A stretch of 64,000 nt of DNA from Gammaproteobacteria bacterium (GTDB taxonomy: Bacteria > Pseudomonadota > Gammaproteobacteria > Steroidobacterales > Foliamicaceae), in NCBI GenBank assembly GCA_026707445.1, contig JAPOWV010000011.1:19927-83926 (forward strand), given 5' to 3'. The notes under the pieces are model-generated. The model saw only the letters and a program-made list of their open reading frames with translations. It was not told the DNA's origin and made no database searches. The position numbers and the translations under genes are program-made. This document shows, in pieces, positions 1-9,958 of this stretch. Position 1 is the first letter of the stretch. Every line of letters begins with the position of its first letter.

Positions 1-225
1 CACGTCGAGGCTCAGGTCCTCGATTTCGTCGAGGCCGCCGTTTTCCAGCAAGTCGCCGCTGACGGCGGTGATGGCCAGCGCCGTGTCCTGGATCGACGCC
101 TCGCGTTTCTCCGCGGTGACGATGATCTCTTCGAGGACGTTTTCCTGCGCCGTCAAGTTTGCCGCGACCATCATGCAGCCGCTAGTAAGTGCGGCCAGCG
201 ATAGCCGCAGTAAACGAGATTTCAT
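1..225 (-). CDS. TonB-dependent receptor, N-terminal fragment (gene continues past the left edge)
   Basis: Absent from the ORF track because it is truncated. The reverse strand from ATG at 225-223 (AGGAGA 7 nt upstream) reads MKSRLLRLSLAALTSGCMMVAANLTAQENVLEEIIVTAEKREASIQDTALAITAVSGDLLE. This is a signal peptide followed by a TonB-dependent receptor plug-domain signature. Confidence 0.6.
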   Translation of the reverse strand, partial: MKSRLLRLSLAALTSGCMMVAANLTAQENVLEEIIVTAEKREASIQDTALAITAVSGDLLENGGLDEIEDLSLDV

Positions 226-312
226 GCGAACTTCTCCTGTTAGTTTGGTTATTGGGGAATCCGGCGGCTCCCTTAGCCGCCGGGGCGGGAATGATAACGG
301 ATTGCGCGCGGA

Positions 313-1017
313 TTACCTAACGAGGGTGACGTTGCCGTGCTTCGCGAAGGCGGCCGCGACCTGGTCGAACACGACGCCCACGCGGATCACGCTGAAGTCG
401 CGGAAGTCGATGATGGTGCTGGAGTGCCCGTGCGGGTTGGCGTATTTCGACAGCCCGTAGTCGAAATGCACGCTGGCCGCCTCGCGCACCGGCGCCTCGA
501 TGTCCTCGTAACGGTACTTCGAGCCCTGCAGTGAGGTGTTGGCCGACGAGCCGAACACCGGCATGCCGCGCTCCCAGGACTGCCGCGCGATCTCGTTATG
601 AAACTGCCCGGCGTTGAGCAGCATGTCCATGGTCTCGGCCTTGGTGGAGGACTGCATCACGAAGGGATCGACGCGGGAGAAGAACTCGTGCCCGACTCGA
701 AACGGCGCGACGATGGAGAAGGGGATGTCCTCCTCGCGCACGATGGTCTCGGCCAGGTCGTGCTTCCAGCCGTCCATGACGTGAATCGCGCGGCTCATGG
801 CGGTGTTGGCGAACAGCCCGCCCGGTTTCTCGTAGCTGCGCTTCTTGGCCGCGTAGATGCGCCGGATCCCCGGCTCGGTGCAGGCATTGACCGCGTAGGC
901 CACGTCCAGCGGCGCGATCGCCACATCGCCGGCGGCGATGGTGTCGAGCAGCAGGGCCACGTCGGCCCGCAACTGCTCCTGCGGGACCGGGTCGGCCGTC
1001 GTGCGTTTGTTGGGCAT
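313..1017 (-). CDS. Sua5/YciO/YrdC-family (threonylcarbamoyl-AMP synthase-like) protein
   Basis: ORF 313..1056. Family-typical stretches are IAPLDVAYAVNA...IRRIYAAKKRSYEKP and GSSANTSLQGS. The ATG at 1017 (MPNKR) is preferred over the TTG at 1056. Confidence 0.6.
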   Translation of the reverse strand: MPNKRTTADPVPQEQLRADVALLLDTIAAGDVAIAPLDVAYAVNACTEPGIRRIYAAKKRSYEKPGGLFANTAMSRAIHVMDGWKHDLAETIVREEDIPFSIVAPFRVGHEFFSRVDPFVMQSSTKAETMDMLLNAGQFHNEIARQSWERGMPVFGSSANTSLQGSKYRYEDIEAPVREAASVHFDYGLSKYANPHGHSSTIIDFRDFSVIRVGVVFDQVAAAFAKHGNVTLVR

Positions 1018-1046
1018 AGGCGTTGAAGTCTTCCTTTTGTAAGTAT

Positions 1047-2423
1047 TTACTTGCAAAACGGTGCAAGAAGAGAGTCAATTAGACGAAGTTGTTGAAGTTT
1101 ATCCAGTCTGGAGGCGATTTCGGCGCCGTCGATACCGTTGTCGCCCGCGGTCAGCGAATCGAACTTCGCGACCAGGTCGTCGCGGCGCATCGGGTTGGCG
1201 GGCGTGCCCAGGCTGTCGAGCACGTCCGAGCGGCGGGTTTCGCCGTTGCGGTCCTTCAGTTCCAGCCAGCTTCCGAAGTGCGCCGGGAAGGCCGCCTGCA
1301 TGTCCGGGTCCGCCACCGCGTCAACCCGATCGGCGATCGCCAGCGTGCGCCGGTCCTCGAGCGCTTCGCCCATGAAGCCCGCGACCGAGGCCGGCCCGTA
1401 GTGGAGCGCCGCGCCCAGCGTGAACGGCAGGCTGTACTGCGCGGCCATCTCCGATGCCGGCCGGCGCAGCATGTGCTGGGTGACCATGATGTCGGGCCCG
1501 CCCACGACGATGGATTCGATTTCCTGCGGGTCCAGGCTGAAATCGTCCGTGACCTCGGCCAGCGCGTCGAGGGTCGAGTGAAAAAGCCGGCAGCAGGGAT
1601 AGGGCTTGTAGCTGATGCGGTGGATCTCCGGGCCGTCGGGGTGCGGGCGGTTCAGCCTTTCGGGGTCCGATTCGGCGCCGAAGTTGTGGATCAGGCCGTA
1701 GCGGCCCTCCAGCGCCTGCTCGGGTCCGGCGATGCCGAGCCCGGCGTGCTCGGCGGCCATCACGCCGTGCAGCGCCGCGTATCCGCCGTGCAGGCGCTTG
1801 ACGGTCGTGCCTTCCGGCTCCTGGCTGAACTGCATCGAGCCGCCGGCCATGGACAGGACCAGCCCCCAGCCGCGCGCCAGTTCCCTCGGCGAGAGGTTCA
1901 GCAGCACGGCCGCGGCCGCGGCGGCGCCGAAGCCGACGAACAGGCTGGTGGGATGAAAGCCCAGTTCGATGGTCTCGGCGGCGTTGGTGGCCGCGCCCAC
2001 GCGCCCGACCGCCTCGTAGCCGGCGTAAATCGCGGCGGCCAGCCGTTCGCCGCTCAGACCGTGATGGGCCGCCAGCGCCAGGCTGGAGCCGATGACCGCC
2101 GCGCCCGGGTGGCTGACCGATTCGTCGTGCGTGTCGTCAAGTTCAAGGCCATGGGCGGCGGTGGCGTTGACGAACGCCGCCAGCCCCGGCGCCAGGCGCG
2201 TTTGCGAGGCCAGCAATGGCGCGTTGCCCGAGCCCGCGTGCGGCGCGGCCCACTCGTGCATGCGCCGGCCCCAGGCCAGCAGCGAACCGGCGTAGCAGCA
2301 GCCGAGGTGATCCAGGACCAGGTTCCGGATCTGGTTGAGGTCGCGCTCGGCCGGCGGCGCGTCGCGCACCGCCAGCAGTTCCTCGGCCAGCGCCAGGCTG
2401 CGCCCGTTCTCCGCGACGCTCAT
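1047..2423 (-). CDS. MmgE/PrpD family protein (2-methylcitrate dehydratase-like), paralog 1
   Basis: C-terminal 458 aa of ORF 1047..4007, from the internal ATG at 2423 (MSVAENGRSLALAEELL...). It has PrpD-like stretches (AAHGLELDDTH, FHPTS, KPYPCC). Its start overlaps the hyuB stop (ATGA). Confidence 0.8.
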   Translation of the reverse strand: MSVAENGRSLALAEELLAVRDAPPAERDLNQIRNLVLDHLGCCYAGSLLAWGRRMHEWAAPHAGSGNAPLLASQTRLAPGLAAFVNATAAHGLELDDTHDESVSHPGAAVIGSSLALAAHHGLSGERLAAAIYAGYEAVGRVGAATNAAETIELGFHPTSLFVGFGAAAAAAVLLNLSPRELARGWGLVLSMAGGSMQFSQEPEGTTVKRLHGGYAALHGVMAAEHAGLGIAGPEQALEGRYGLIHNFGAESDPERLNRPHPDGPEIHRISYKPYPCCRLFHSTLDALAEVTDDFSLDPQEIESIVVGGPDIMVTQHMLRRPASEMAAQYSLPFTLGAALHYGPASVAGFMGEALEDRRTLAIADRVDAVADPDMQAAFPAHFGSWLELKDRNGETRRSDVLDSLGTPANPMRRDDLVAKFDSLTAGDNGIDGAEIASRLDKLQQLRLIDSLLAPFCK

Positions 2424-4249
2424 GATCGTTCGCGGCGCAGGGAATCGGTGGCGGGCAGGTCCGGCGCGCCGGTTTCCGGGTCGATCACGACGCCGTACTG
2501 TTCGCGCGCCTGCTCGCTCGAAAGAAGCCCGTCGAGCACGTTGTCGGCCACGCTCCCTGGATCGCGCTCCAGCGGGTCGCCGTAGCCGCCGCCGGACACC
2601 AGCGTGATCTCCAGCCGGTCGCCGGCCTCGAAACGGGCGTGCGACACCTTGGCCGGCAACTCCTGCTCGTCGGGAGTGCCCGGATTGACTTTCACCTGGC
2701 CGGGCAGTCCGTCGCCGCCGCCGAAAATGCCGCGCGGCGGATCGCCGGAGCGGTTGTCGCCGGTGGAACTGACCGCCGCACCCTCCAGAAAGCGCCAGGT
2801 CTTGACCGCGCCCATGCCGCCTCGCCAGCGTCCGGGGGCCGGAGCTTCGTCGCGCAATTCGTAGCGCTCGCACAGCATCGGCGCCGACAGCTCCATTTCC
2901 TCCAGCGGGTTGTTGCGGGTATTGGCCATCAGCGTATCCACGGTATCGAGTCCGTCGCGGCCATGACGGCCGCCGTACGAGCCCTCGTTGATCTCCACGT
3001 TGATCTGGTACTTGCCGCGGTACGACTCGAACGAATAGACGAAACAGGAGACATTGGCCGAATTGCCCCCGGTGACGCGCTCCGGCAGCGCCTCGCTCAG
3101 CGCCGCCAGGACCTGGTCGGGAATGCGGTTGATCTGGGTGAAGCGCGCCTCGCAACCGCGCGGGTAGATCGGGTTGAAGATGCTGCCCTTCGGGGCGTGG
3201 GCGAAGACCGGGCGGAAAACGCCGTCGTTTTGCGGCACGCCCGCGCCCTCGGCGGTCTCGTCCAGCAGCAGGGCCCGCACCGCGAAGTTCACCGCCGGCA
3301 GCACGCTGCCCTCGAACGGGCAGTTGAAGCCGGTCGCGGTCTGCGGCGTCGAGCCGGTCAGGTCCACGCAGATGTCGCCGCCGCGCACCAGGACCCGTGT
3401 CGCGATCTTCAGCGGCTTGCCGAAATGCTTGCCGTCGTCCTCCAGCCAGGCGTCCGGTGCCGGATACTCGCCGTCGGGCAGTTCCTGGATCCGTGCGCGC
3501 ATCCGCCGCTCGGCGTAGTTCATCCACTGTTCGGCCGCGCTCATCACGCGGTCCAGGCCGTGCTGCGCGATCAGCCCGGCGAAGCGCTCCTCGCCCAGCC
3601 GGCAGCAGGCGATCATCGCCTCGAGGTCGCCGGCGTTGGCCTCGGGCGTGCGCACGTTGTCCATGATCAGCGACCAGAGGTCCTCGCGCCGTTCGCCGGC
3701 GGCGTGCAGCTTCACCGCGTCCAGGATCTGGCCTTCGGCGAAGAAGTCCGGCACGTCCACGGAGAACCCCGGGTCGGCGGCGCCGATGTCCACCATGTGG
3801 CCGGTGCAGCCGGCGAATCCGACGTGCACGTCGCCCACGAACAGCGGCAGCAGCACGCCGTAGTCGGGGCTGTGCGAGGCGCCGTGATACGGATGGTTGT
3901 GAAGATAGACATCGCCGGGGCGGTAGCGCCCGCGGTGCTTGCGGTCGATGCCGCGCACGTAGGCCGGCAGGGAGCCGCAGTGCATGGGCGTGGAGTCGCT
4001 TTCGCACAACTGCCGCCCGTCGAAGTCCAGCAGCGCCGCGCCGATGTCGCGCGACTCGCGCATTACGCTGGAATAGGCCATGCGCACCAGGAGTTCGGCC
4101 ATCTCGTGGGCGATGGAGTGCAGCGCGCCGCCGATCACCTGCAGCGAGACGGGGTCGACGTCGACGCGGTTCCAGCGGCGCTCGGCGTGCGCTCCCAGTC
4201 CAGTGCTGCGCGCCTGGTCGAGTCCGGGCCAGATTTCGGCGGCGTTCAT
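2420..4249 (-). CDS. Hydantoinase B / oxoprolinase family protein
   Basis: ORF 2420..4693 from the ATG at 4249 (MNAAEIWPGLDQ...). The body is HyuB-like (DPVSLQVIGGALHSIAHEM, LHNHPYHGASHSPD, NEGSYGGRHGRDG). ATGA overlap with the upstream hyuA stop. Confidence 0.85.
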   Translation of the reverse strand: MNAAEIWPGLDQARSTGLGAHAERRWNRVDVDPVSLQVIGGALHSIAHEMAELLVRMAYSSVMRESRDIGAALLDFDGRQLCESDSTPMHCGSLPAYVRGIDRKHRGRYRPGDVYLHNHPYHGASHSPDYGVLLPLFVGDVHVGFAGCTGHMVDIGAADPGFSVDVPDFFAEGQILDAVKLHAAGERREDLWSLIMDNVRTPEANAGDLEAMIACCRLGEERFAGLIAQHGLDRVMSAAEQWMNYAERRMRARIQELPDGEYPAPDAWLEDDGKHFGKPLKIATRVLVRGGDICVDLTGSTPQTATGFNCPFEGSVLPAVNFAVRALLLDETAEGAGVPQNDGVFRPVFAHAPKGSIFNPIYPRGCEARFTQINRIPDQVLAALSEALPERVTGGNSANVSCFVYSFESYRGKYQINVEINEGSYGGRHGRDGLDTVDTLMANTRNNPLEEMELSAPMLCERYELRDEAPAPGRWRGGMGAVKTWRFLEGAAVSSTGDNRSGDPPRGIFGGGDGLPGQVKVNPGTPDEQELPAKVSHARFEAGDRLEITLVSGGGYGDPLERDPGSVADNVLDGLLSSEQAREQYGVVIDPETGAPDLPATDSLRRERS

Positions 4250-6315
4250 GTCGCGGGGGTCAGGCGGAGGTTCGAGAAGCGGTCCACTCGCGCCTGCCAA
4301 CCTGGCGGGATGGCGGTGGTGGTGTCGGGCTGCTCGACGATCGCGGGGCCTTCGATGCGGTGGCCCGGCTTGAGAGCGGAGCGCCGGTAAAACGACGTCG
4401 CCGGCGCTTCGGTCGCGCCGGGGAAGCGGCAGGGTGCGGTCAGCAGCGGCTCGGCGTCTTTCGAAGCCGCGTCCGCATCCTGCGCCGAAACGAGCGGCTT
4501 GCCGGGCACGTACGCGGACACGCCCAGGTTGATGACCCGCACGGGCATGTCCGGGTAGGCGCGCAGATAGGCGCGCTCGTGCTCCGTGTCGAAGCGCTCG
4601 CGCAGCGCCGCGGCCCACTCTGCATCGATGTTGCCGGGCGGCGCGTCCACCGCCAGTTCGTTGCCCTGGCCGGCATAGCGGCACTCGGCCCACAGTTTCA
4701 GGCGTACTTCGTCCGCGCCGAACCCGTCGCCGGCCAGCCGTCGGGTGGCTTCTTGCGTCATTTCATCGAAACGGCCGGACACGGCCGCGTAATCCAGGTC
4801 TTCCAGATCGCCCCAAAGCGTTGCCTTGAATTCATAGCGCACCTGCGCGCACAAGAGCCCGCCGGCCGCGCCCACGCCGGGGTGCGGCGGGATCAGCACT
4901 TCGCCGATGGCCAGCGCTGCGGCCACCGGCGCGGCGAAGGCCCCGCCCGCGCCGCCATAGGCTACCAGCGTGAATTCGCGCGGGTCAAAGCCCTTGGACA
5001 CGCTGGCCAGGCGCATCGCCTCGACCATGTTGTTGACCGCGATATCGAAGATGCCCCCGGCGGCGTCCTCCAGCGTCAGGCCCAGCGGCTTCGCGACGTG
5101 CCGGCGGATGGCGCCGCGGGCACGGTCGGGCGTCAGCGTGGAGACGGCGTCCGCCAGGTGATCGGCGCGGTACCAGCCGCTGACCAGAAGCGCGTCGGTA
5201 ACGGTCGGGTGTTCGCCGCCCTTGCCGTAGCAGGCCGGGCCGGGATCGGCGCCGGCGCTCTGCGGGCCCACGCGGAACATGCCCTCGGGGTCCAGCCAGG
5301 CGATCGAGCCGCCGCCGGCGCCCAGCGTGGCGATATCGACCATCGGCGTCATCACGTCGTAGTCGCCGACGCGGGTATCGAGCAGGCTGCGCATGCGCAT
5401 TTCGCCTTCCGGGGCCACGCCGATGTCCGCGGACGTGCCGCCCACGTCCAGCGTGATCACGTTCCCGCGGCCGATTTCGGCGCCGGCCTCGATGCCCGCG
5501 ATCAGCGCGCCGACCGGTCCGGAAAGCAGGAGATTGACCGGACGCCGCCAGGCTTCGGCCGGGGCGACCATGCCGCCGCTGGAAGTCATCAGGCGCAGTT
5601 GCGCCGGCACGCCCGCTTCCTCGAGCGCGGCGGCGAACCGGCGCACGTAGCGGCCGGTCACCGGGCCCACGTAGGCGTTCATCGCGGTGGTGGAGAAGCG
5701 CTCGTATTCGCGCACCAGCGGCGCGATCTCGTGGCTGGCGGTGACGTAGGCATCGGGGAACTCGCGCCGGGCGATTTCCGCGATGCGCCGCTCGTGTTCC
5801 GGGTTGAGGAAGGAGAACAGGCAGCAGACCGCGATGGATTCGACGCCCTGGTCCCTGAGAAGTGCAACGGCTTCGAGCACGTCGTCCTCGTTGAGCGGCA
5901 CTTCGACCTCGCCGTCGGGCGCACGGACCCGTTCGCGCACAGTCGTCCGCCAGCGGCGCGGCGCCAGGGGACGGCTCTGGCGGGCGATTTCCTGGTAGTG
6001 CGAGAAGTTGTACGGGCGGTCCTTGCGCCCGATGTGCAGGACGTCGCGGAAACCGCGGGTGGTGATCAGCCCGGTCCTGGCGCCCTTGCGTTCCAGCAGC
6101 GCATTGGTGGCCACGGTGGTGCCGTGACAGCAGAACTCGATGTCGGCGAAATCAAGTCCGGCCTTGCGCAGCAGTTCTTCTGCGCCCTGCATGGCCGCGC
6201 GGGCCGGGTCGTCGGGCGTGGAGGCGAGCTTGTGGGTGGCCAGGACCTGTCCGTCGCGGCCGGCGGCGATGAGGTCGGTGAAGGTTCCGCCGATGTCGAT
6301 GCCGATACGCGCCAA
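4246..6315 (-). CDS. Hydantoinase A / oxoprolinase family protein
   Basis: ORF 4246..6363. The TTG at 6315 gives the family-typical N-terminus (M)ARIGIDIGGTFTD. A second ATPase motif, LDVGGTSADI, is present. A start at 6363 (GTG) is also possible. Confidence 0.85.
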   Translation of the reverse strand: MARIGIDIGGTFTDLIAAGRDGQVLATHKLASTPDDPARAAMQGAEELLRKAGLDFADIEFCCHGTTVATNALLERKGARTGLITTRGFRDVLHIGRKDRPYNFSHYQEIARQSRPLAPRRWRTTVRERVRAPDGEVEVPLNEDDVLEAVALLRDQGVESIAVCCLFSFLNPEHERRIAEIARREFPDAYVTASHEIAPLVREYERFSTTAMNAYVGPVTGRYVRRFAAALEEAGVPAQLRLMTSSGGMVAPAEAWRRPVNLLLSGPVGALIAGIEAGAEIGRGNVITLDVGGTSADIGVAPEGEMRMRSLLDTRVGDYDVMTPMVDIATLGAGGGSIAWLDPEGMFRVGPQSAGADPGPACYGKGGEHPTVTDALLVSGWYRADHLADAVSTLTPDRARGAIRRHVAKPLGLTLEDAAGGIFDIAVNNMVEAMRLASVSKGFDPREFTLVAYGGAGGAFAAPVAAALAIGEVLIPPHPGVGAAGGLLCAQVRYEFKATLWGDLEDLDYAAVSGRFDEMTQEATRRLAGDGFGADEVRLKLWAECRYAGQGNELAVDAPPGNIDAEWAAALRERFDTEHERAYLRAYPDMPVRVINLGVSAYVPGKPLVSAQDADAASKDAEPLLTAPCRFPGATEAPATSFYRRSALKPGHRIEGPAIVEQPDTTTAIPPGWQARVDRFSNLRLTPAT

Positions 6316-6377
6316 GATGCCCGCGCCCCTTCGCGCGCCGAGAAAGACGGCGAATTTTCGCACACCGCGGGTCGTGT

Positions 6378-7763
6378 ATGGTTCGTGCGGCCATGGGTGC
6401 GCTGACCGAATCCGTTCTTGATTTCCTCTGCGGCGACGCTCCGGTGCGCGCGCCGGATAAAGCCCGGCGTATCGCCGTGACCGGGTTCATCGACTGTATC
6501 GGCGTGGCCCTGGCGGGAGCGGACCAGCCGGTGGTGCGCAACCTGCTGAAGTCCGACGGCGGGGGCGAGCCGGAGTCGCGGTTGCTGCTGAGCGGCGAAC
6601 GCCTGCCGGCCTCCGCCGCTGCGCTGATCGGATCCGCCGCCGCCCACGCTCTCGATCTCGACGACTACGCGTTCGCCAACCACACCAGCGCGGTGCTGGT
6701 GCCGCCGATCCTTGCGGAAGCCGAGGTGGTGCGGGCTTCCGGCGCCCGCATGATTGAAGCCTATCTGGCGGGTTACGAAGTCTGGAGCGTCCTTGCGCGG
6801 CGGGAGCAGACCTACATGCAGGGGGCAGGGTGGCACCCGACGGGCGTTTACGGCCCGGTGGGAGCGGCGGCCGCGCTCAGCCGCTTGCGCGGCATGCCCC
6901 GGCGCGAGACAGGCAACGCGCTGGGCCTCGCCGCAGCCGCGGGGGGCGGCGTGATGGACAACTTCGGGACGCAGGCCAAGCCCTACCAGGCCGCGCGCGC
7001 AGCGGAAGCCGGCGTGGCGGCGGTGCGCCGCGCGTTGGCGGGCCTGGACGCGGGGCCGCACGCACTGGACGGTCCGGGCGGCTTCCTGCAGACGATTTCT
7101 CCCAACGGCCACGTGGACCGCGCCTCGGCCGCCACGGAACTCGGCAAGGATTGGTACATGGCCGAACACGGGCTGAACATCAAGCGCTACCCGGTCGTGG
7201 GCGCGGCCCAGCGCTGCGTCGATGCGGCCCTGCAACTGCACGCCGACCACGGCCCGGAAGCCGCGGCGATCGAGCGTGTGACCGCGCGCGTCAGCGAGGC
7301 GCACTCGTCGGTCATGCAGTTCCGCCTGCCGGCCGATGCCATGCAGGCCAAGTTCAGCCTCGAGTTCGCGGTGGTCGCGCCGCTGATCTTCGGGCGCCTG
7401 GGTTTCGCGGAAATGCGCGACGAGTGCGTGCGCCGCGACGACGTGCAGTCGCTGATGCGGAAGGTGGAGCGGGAAGAAGGCGCGGACGACGATCCTGTAT
7501 ACCCGGTGGGGGCGCGCCATGACTCGGTGCGTGTCGCGCTAGCCGGCGGAACCGCGCTGGAGAGCGAGCCGGTCCATCGCTACCGTGGGCATGGGCAGAA
7601 CCCGCTTTCCCATGACGAGCTGCGCGCCAAGTTCATGGATTGCGCGACGGTTACCGGCGCAGTGCCCGAGGATGTGGCTGCCGATCTGTTCGAGCGTCTG
7701 TCGCGCCTGGAGGAACTGGACGGCGTCGGTGAACTTACTGAATTACTAAATATATCAGTATGA
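6378..7763 (+). CDS. MmgE/PrpD family protein, paralog 2
   Basis: 461-aa ORF with a PrpD-like layout (AAHALDLDDY, WHPTG, KRYPVVGAAQ). Divergent from hyuA across about 60 bp. The last about 10 codons are unusually AT-rich. Confidence 0.8.
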   Translation: MVRAAMGALTESVLDFLCGDAPVRAPDKARRIAVTGFIDCIGVALAGADQPVVRNLLKSDGGGEPESRLLLSGERLPASAAALIGSAAAHALDLDDYAFANHTSAVLVPPILAEAEVVRASGARMIEAYLAGYEVWSVLARREQTYMQGAGWHPTGVYGPVGAAAALSRLRGMPRRETGNALGLAAAAGGGVMDNFGTQAKPYQAARAAEAGVAAVRRALAGLDAGPHALDGPGGFLQTISPNGHVDRASAATELGKDWYMAEHGLNIKRYPVVGAAQRCVDAALQLHADHGPEAAAIERVTARVSEAHSSVMQFRLPADAMQAKFSLEFAVVAPLIFGRLGFAEMRDECVRRDDVQSLMRKVEREEGADDDPVYPVGARHDSVRVALAGGTALESEPVHRYRGHGQNPLSHDELRAKFMDCATVTGAVPEDVAADLFERLSRLEELDGVGELTELLNISV

Positions 7764-7799
7764 TATTAATTATATCTCACTTATATTATAGATTTTAGT

Positions 7800-9101
7800 T
7801 CAAACGCCAACCAGTAATTTTTCCAGCATGGCGCCGGCGGCCAGCACCCTCATGTCGGCGAACCGCGCGCCCACGAACTGCACGCCCACCGGTAGTCCCG
7901 CCGGACCCGTAAGGCCCGGGACCGTCACGCAGGGCAGCTGCAGCGCCGTGAACAGCCGGTTGAACGTGGCCTCGCCGTTTCCGTCCCGGCGCGGGATGGC
8001 TTCACCCGGCACCGAAGCCGTCAGCCAGGCGTCGTAATCGGCAAGGCGCCGGTCGAACACCGGGCGAAGGCCGCCGATCCCGTCGTAGGCCTCGGCCATC
8101 GCCCGCGGCGTGATCCCGCGGTTGACCTCGACCTCCTCGATGATGTCCTCGTGCAGGCCCTGCTTGCCGGCGCCGTGCTCGGCCAGCAGCGAGATCCGCG
8201 CCTCGCCGTGCATGATCACGTCCTGCCATTCATTGAGGTTCTCCGCTCCCGGAATTTCCTCCAGGCCCTCGACGCTGTGGCCGGCGGCCGCAAGCCTGTC
8301 GGCCGCGGTCTCCACGGCCGAGCGGCTGGCGGGCTCAGCGTCGGGCCAGTAGGGCGTGCGGTAAAGCCCGATCCGCAGGCTCCGGCCTGCTTCGGGCGCC
8401 TGCCATTCGCCCAGGTTCAGGACCTCCCCGGTCCGCGCCAGCAGTTCCACGTCCTCGGCCATCCAGCCGACGGTGTCGAGGCTGGGCGCATGCAGCCACA
8501 GTCCCTGCACCGGCACCCGCCCGTAAGTGGGCTTGAAGCCCGCCACGCCGCAGAACGAGGACGGCCGGATCACCGAACCGCCGGTCTGCGTGCCCAGCGC
8601 CATGGGCGCCATGCCGGTGGCCACGGCGGCGCCGGAACCCGCCGACGAGCCGCCCGGGGTGCGCTTGGGGTCGTGCGGGTTGGCGGTGGGAGGGTCGCGG
8701 CCGATGCCGGCGAATTCGACCGTGTCCGCCTTGCCCAGCAGCACGCAACCGGCCTGGCGCAGCAGACGCACGCAGGCGGCGTCCTGCCCGGCGCGCCGTC
8801 CCTCGTAGCGGGGCGAACCGCGCTGCGTGGGCAGGTCCACCGTATCGATCACGTCCTTGACCGCGAACGGCAAGCCGTGCAGCGAACTGCGCGGCCCGCG
8901 CAGTTCGCGTTCGCGGTCCCGCGCGCGCGCCTCGCCCAGCGCCCGCTCCGCGTCGAAGGCCGCGAACGCCTGCACGTCCTTTTCGCGGGCCTCGTAGCGC
9001 GCAATGCAACGCTCGACCGCCTGCTCGCTGGAGATCTCCCCGCGCGCCAGCCTCGCCCACAGACCCTGCGAGGGGAAGCCGGAGTCCGGATTGCGTTTCA
9101 T
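7800..9101 (-). CDS. Amidase (amidase-signature family)
   Basis: ORF 7800..9626 from the ATG at 9101 (MKRNPDSG...). Amidase signature GGSSAGSGAAVA plus LGTQTGGSVIRPSSFCGV. Confidence 0.85.
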   Translation of the reverse strand: MKRNPDSGFPSQGLWARLARGEISSEQAVERCIARYEAREKDVQAFAAFDAERALGEARARDRERELRGPRSSLHGLPFAVKDVIDTVDLPTQRGSPRYEGRRAGQDAACVRLLRQAGCVLLGKADTVEFAGIGRDPPTANPHDPKRTPGGSSAGSGAAVATGMAPMALGTQTGGSVIRPSSFCGVAGFKPTYGRVPVQGLWLHAPSLDTVGWMAEDVELLARTGEVLNLGEWQAPEAGRSLRIGLYRTPYWPDAEPASRSAVETAADRLAAAGHSVEGLEEIPGAENLNEWQDVIMHGEARISLLAEHGAGKQGLHEDIIEEVEVNRGITPRAMAEAYDGIGGLRPVFDRRLADYDAWLTASVPGEAIPRRDGNGEATFNRLFTALQLPCVTVPGLTGPAGLPVGVQFVGARFADMRVLAAGAMLEKLLVGV

Positions 9102-9178
9102 GGATGTGGTCCGGCCATAGTCAGGTCCGACGCCTTGCCGCCGACCATTATGGCCGCTCCCCCGGCGGCGGATTGCCG

Positions 9179-9958
9179 TCAGTGGGCTTCGTCGACGATG
9201 TGCAGGTTGACGCCCTGGCTGGCCAGTTGCCGGGCCGTTTCGGGCGGAATGCCCGCGTCCGTTACCAGCGTGTCGATCCGGTCGAACTTGCAGATGATGT
9301 GCGAGCAGCGCTTGCCGAATTTCGACGAGTCCGACACCAGGATGATCTCGCTGGCCATGTTGCACATCCGGCGGTTCAGGCTGGCCTCCTGCGCGAAGTG
9401 AGTGGTGACGCCAACTCCGGTGTCGATGCCGTCGGCGCCGAGAACCAGCTTGTCGAAATGCATGTGGCGCAGGCCTTCCTCGGCATGCTTGCCGAAGAAA
9501 CTCAGCGACCTGCTGCGCAGTATTCCGCCCGTTACCAGGATTTCGATGTGCGCGGCGCGGGCCAGCGCCGACGCTACGTTCAGGCCGTTGGTCACGACCG
9601 TGAGGTCCCGATGGTCCAGCAGGCAAAGGGCCACCTCCTCGGTCGTCGTGCCGGAGTCCAGGGCGATGGTGTGGACGTCGCTGCCGATCAGTTCGGCAAC
9701 GGCGCGCCCCAGGCGCCGCTTGACGGACAGGTTGTCCTTGTGCCGCTCCTGCATGGAAAGCTCGCGGGTCAGACGGTTGCTGGCCACGGCGCCGCCGCGG
9801 GCGCGCACGACCAGCCCCTTGCTGTTCAGCGCGTTCAGATCATTGCGGATGGTGACTTGCGAAACGTTGAGCATCCGGGCCAGTTCCTCCACCCCTACCT
9901 TGCCCTTGGACTCAGTCTGACGCACGATTTCGGAGCGCCTTTCGATCAGGCTCAACAT
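9179..9958 (-). CDS. DeoR/GlpR family transcriptional regulator
   Basis: N-terminal HTH (VEELARMLNVSQVTIRNDLNAL) and a C-terminal DeoR sugar-binding-like domain. The ATG at 9958 is preferred. The ORF-track start at 9976 is a TTG created by the 21-bp tandem duplication. Confidence 0.85.
   Translation of the reverse strand: MLSLIERRSEIVRQTESKGKVGVEELARMLNVSQVTIRNDLNALNSKGLVVRARGGAVASNRLTRELSMQERHKDNLSVKRRLGRAVAELIGSDVHTIALDSGTTTEEVALCLLDHRDLTVVTNGLNVASALARAAHIEILVTGGILRSRSLSFFGKHAEEGLRHMHFDKLVLGADGIDTGVGVTTHFAQEASLNRRMCNMASEIILVSDSSKFGKRCSHIICKFDRIDTLVTDAGIPPETARQLASQGVNLHIVDEAH

Noticed and set aside
68-460. 130-aa plus-strand ORF at the left edge
   Set aside because: It is antisense to the TonB-receptor fragment and the YrdC-like gene. 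It has no motif or RBS and is probably spurious.
2424-4007. N-terminal extensions of tracked ORFs. Examples are 1047..4007 as a 986-aa protein, 57010..59661, 59609..61108, 49266..52481, 23167..24852, 37157..38233, 61576..62373, 52805..53986 and 54279..55487.
   Set aside because: The extensions overlap the upstream gene in another frame and are low-complexity R/A/P-rich. Internal starts give family-typical N-termini, with RBSs or ATGA/GTGA coupling.
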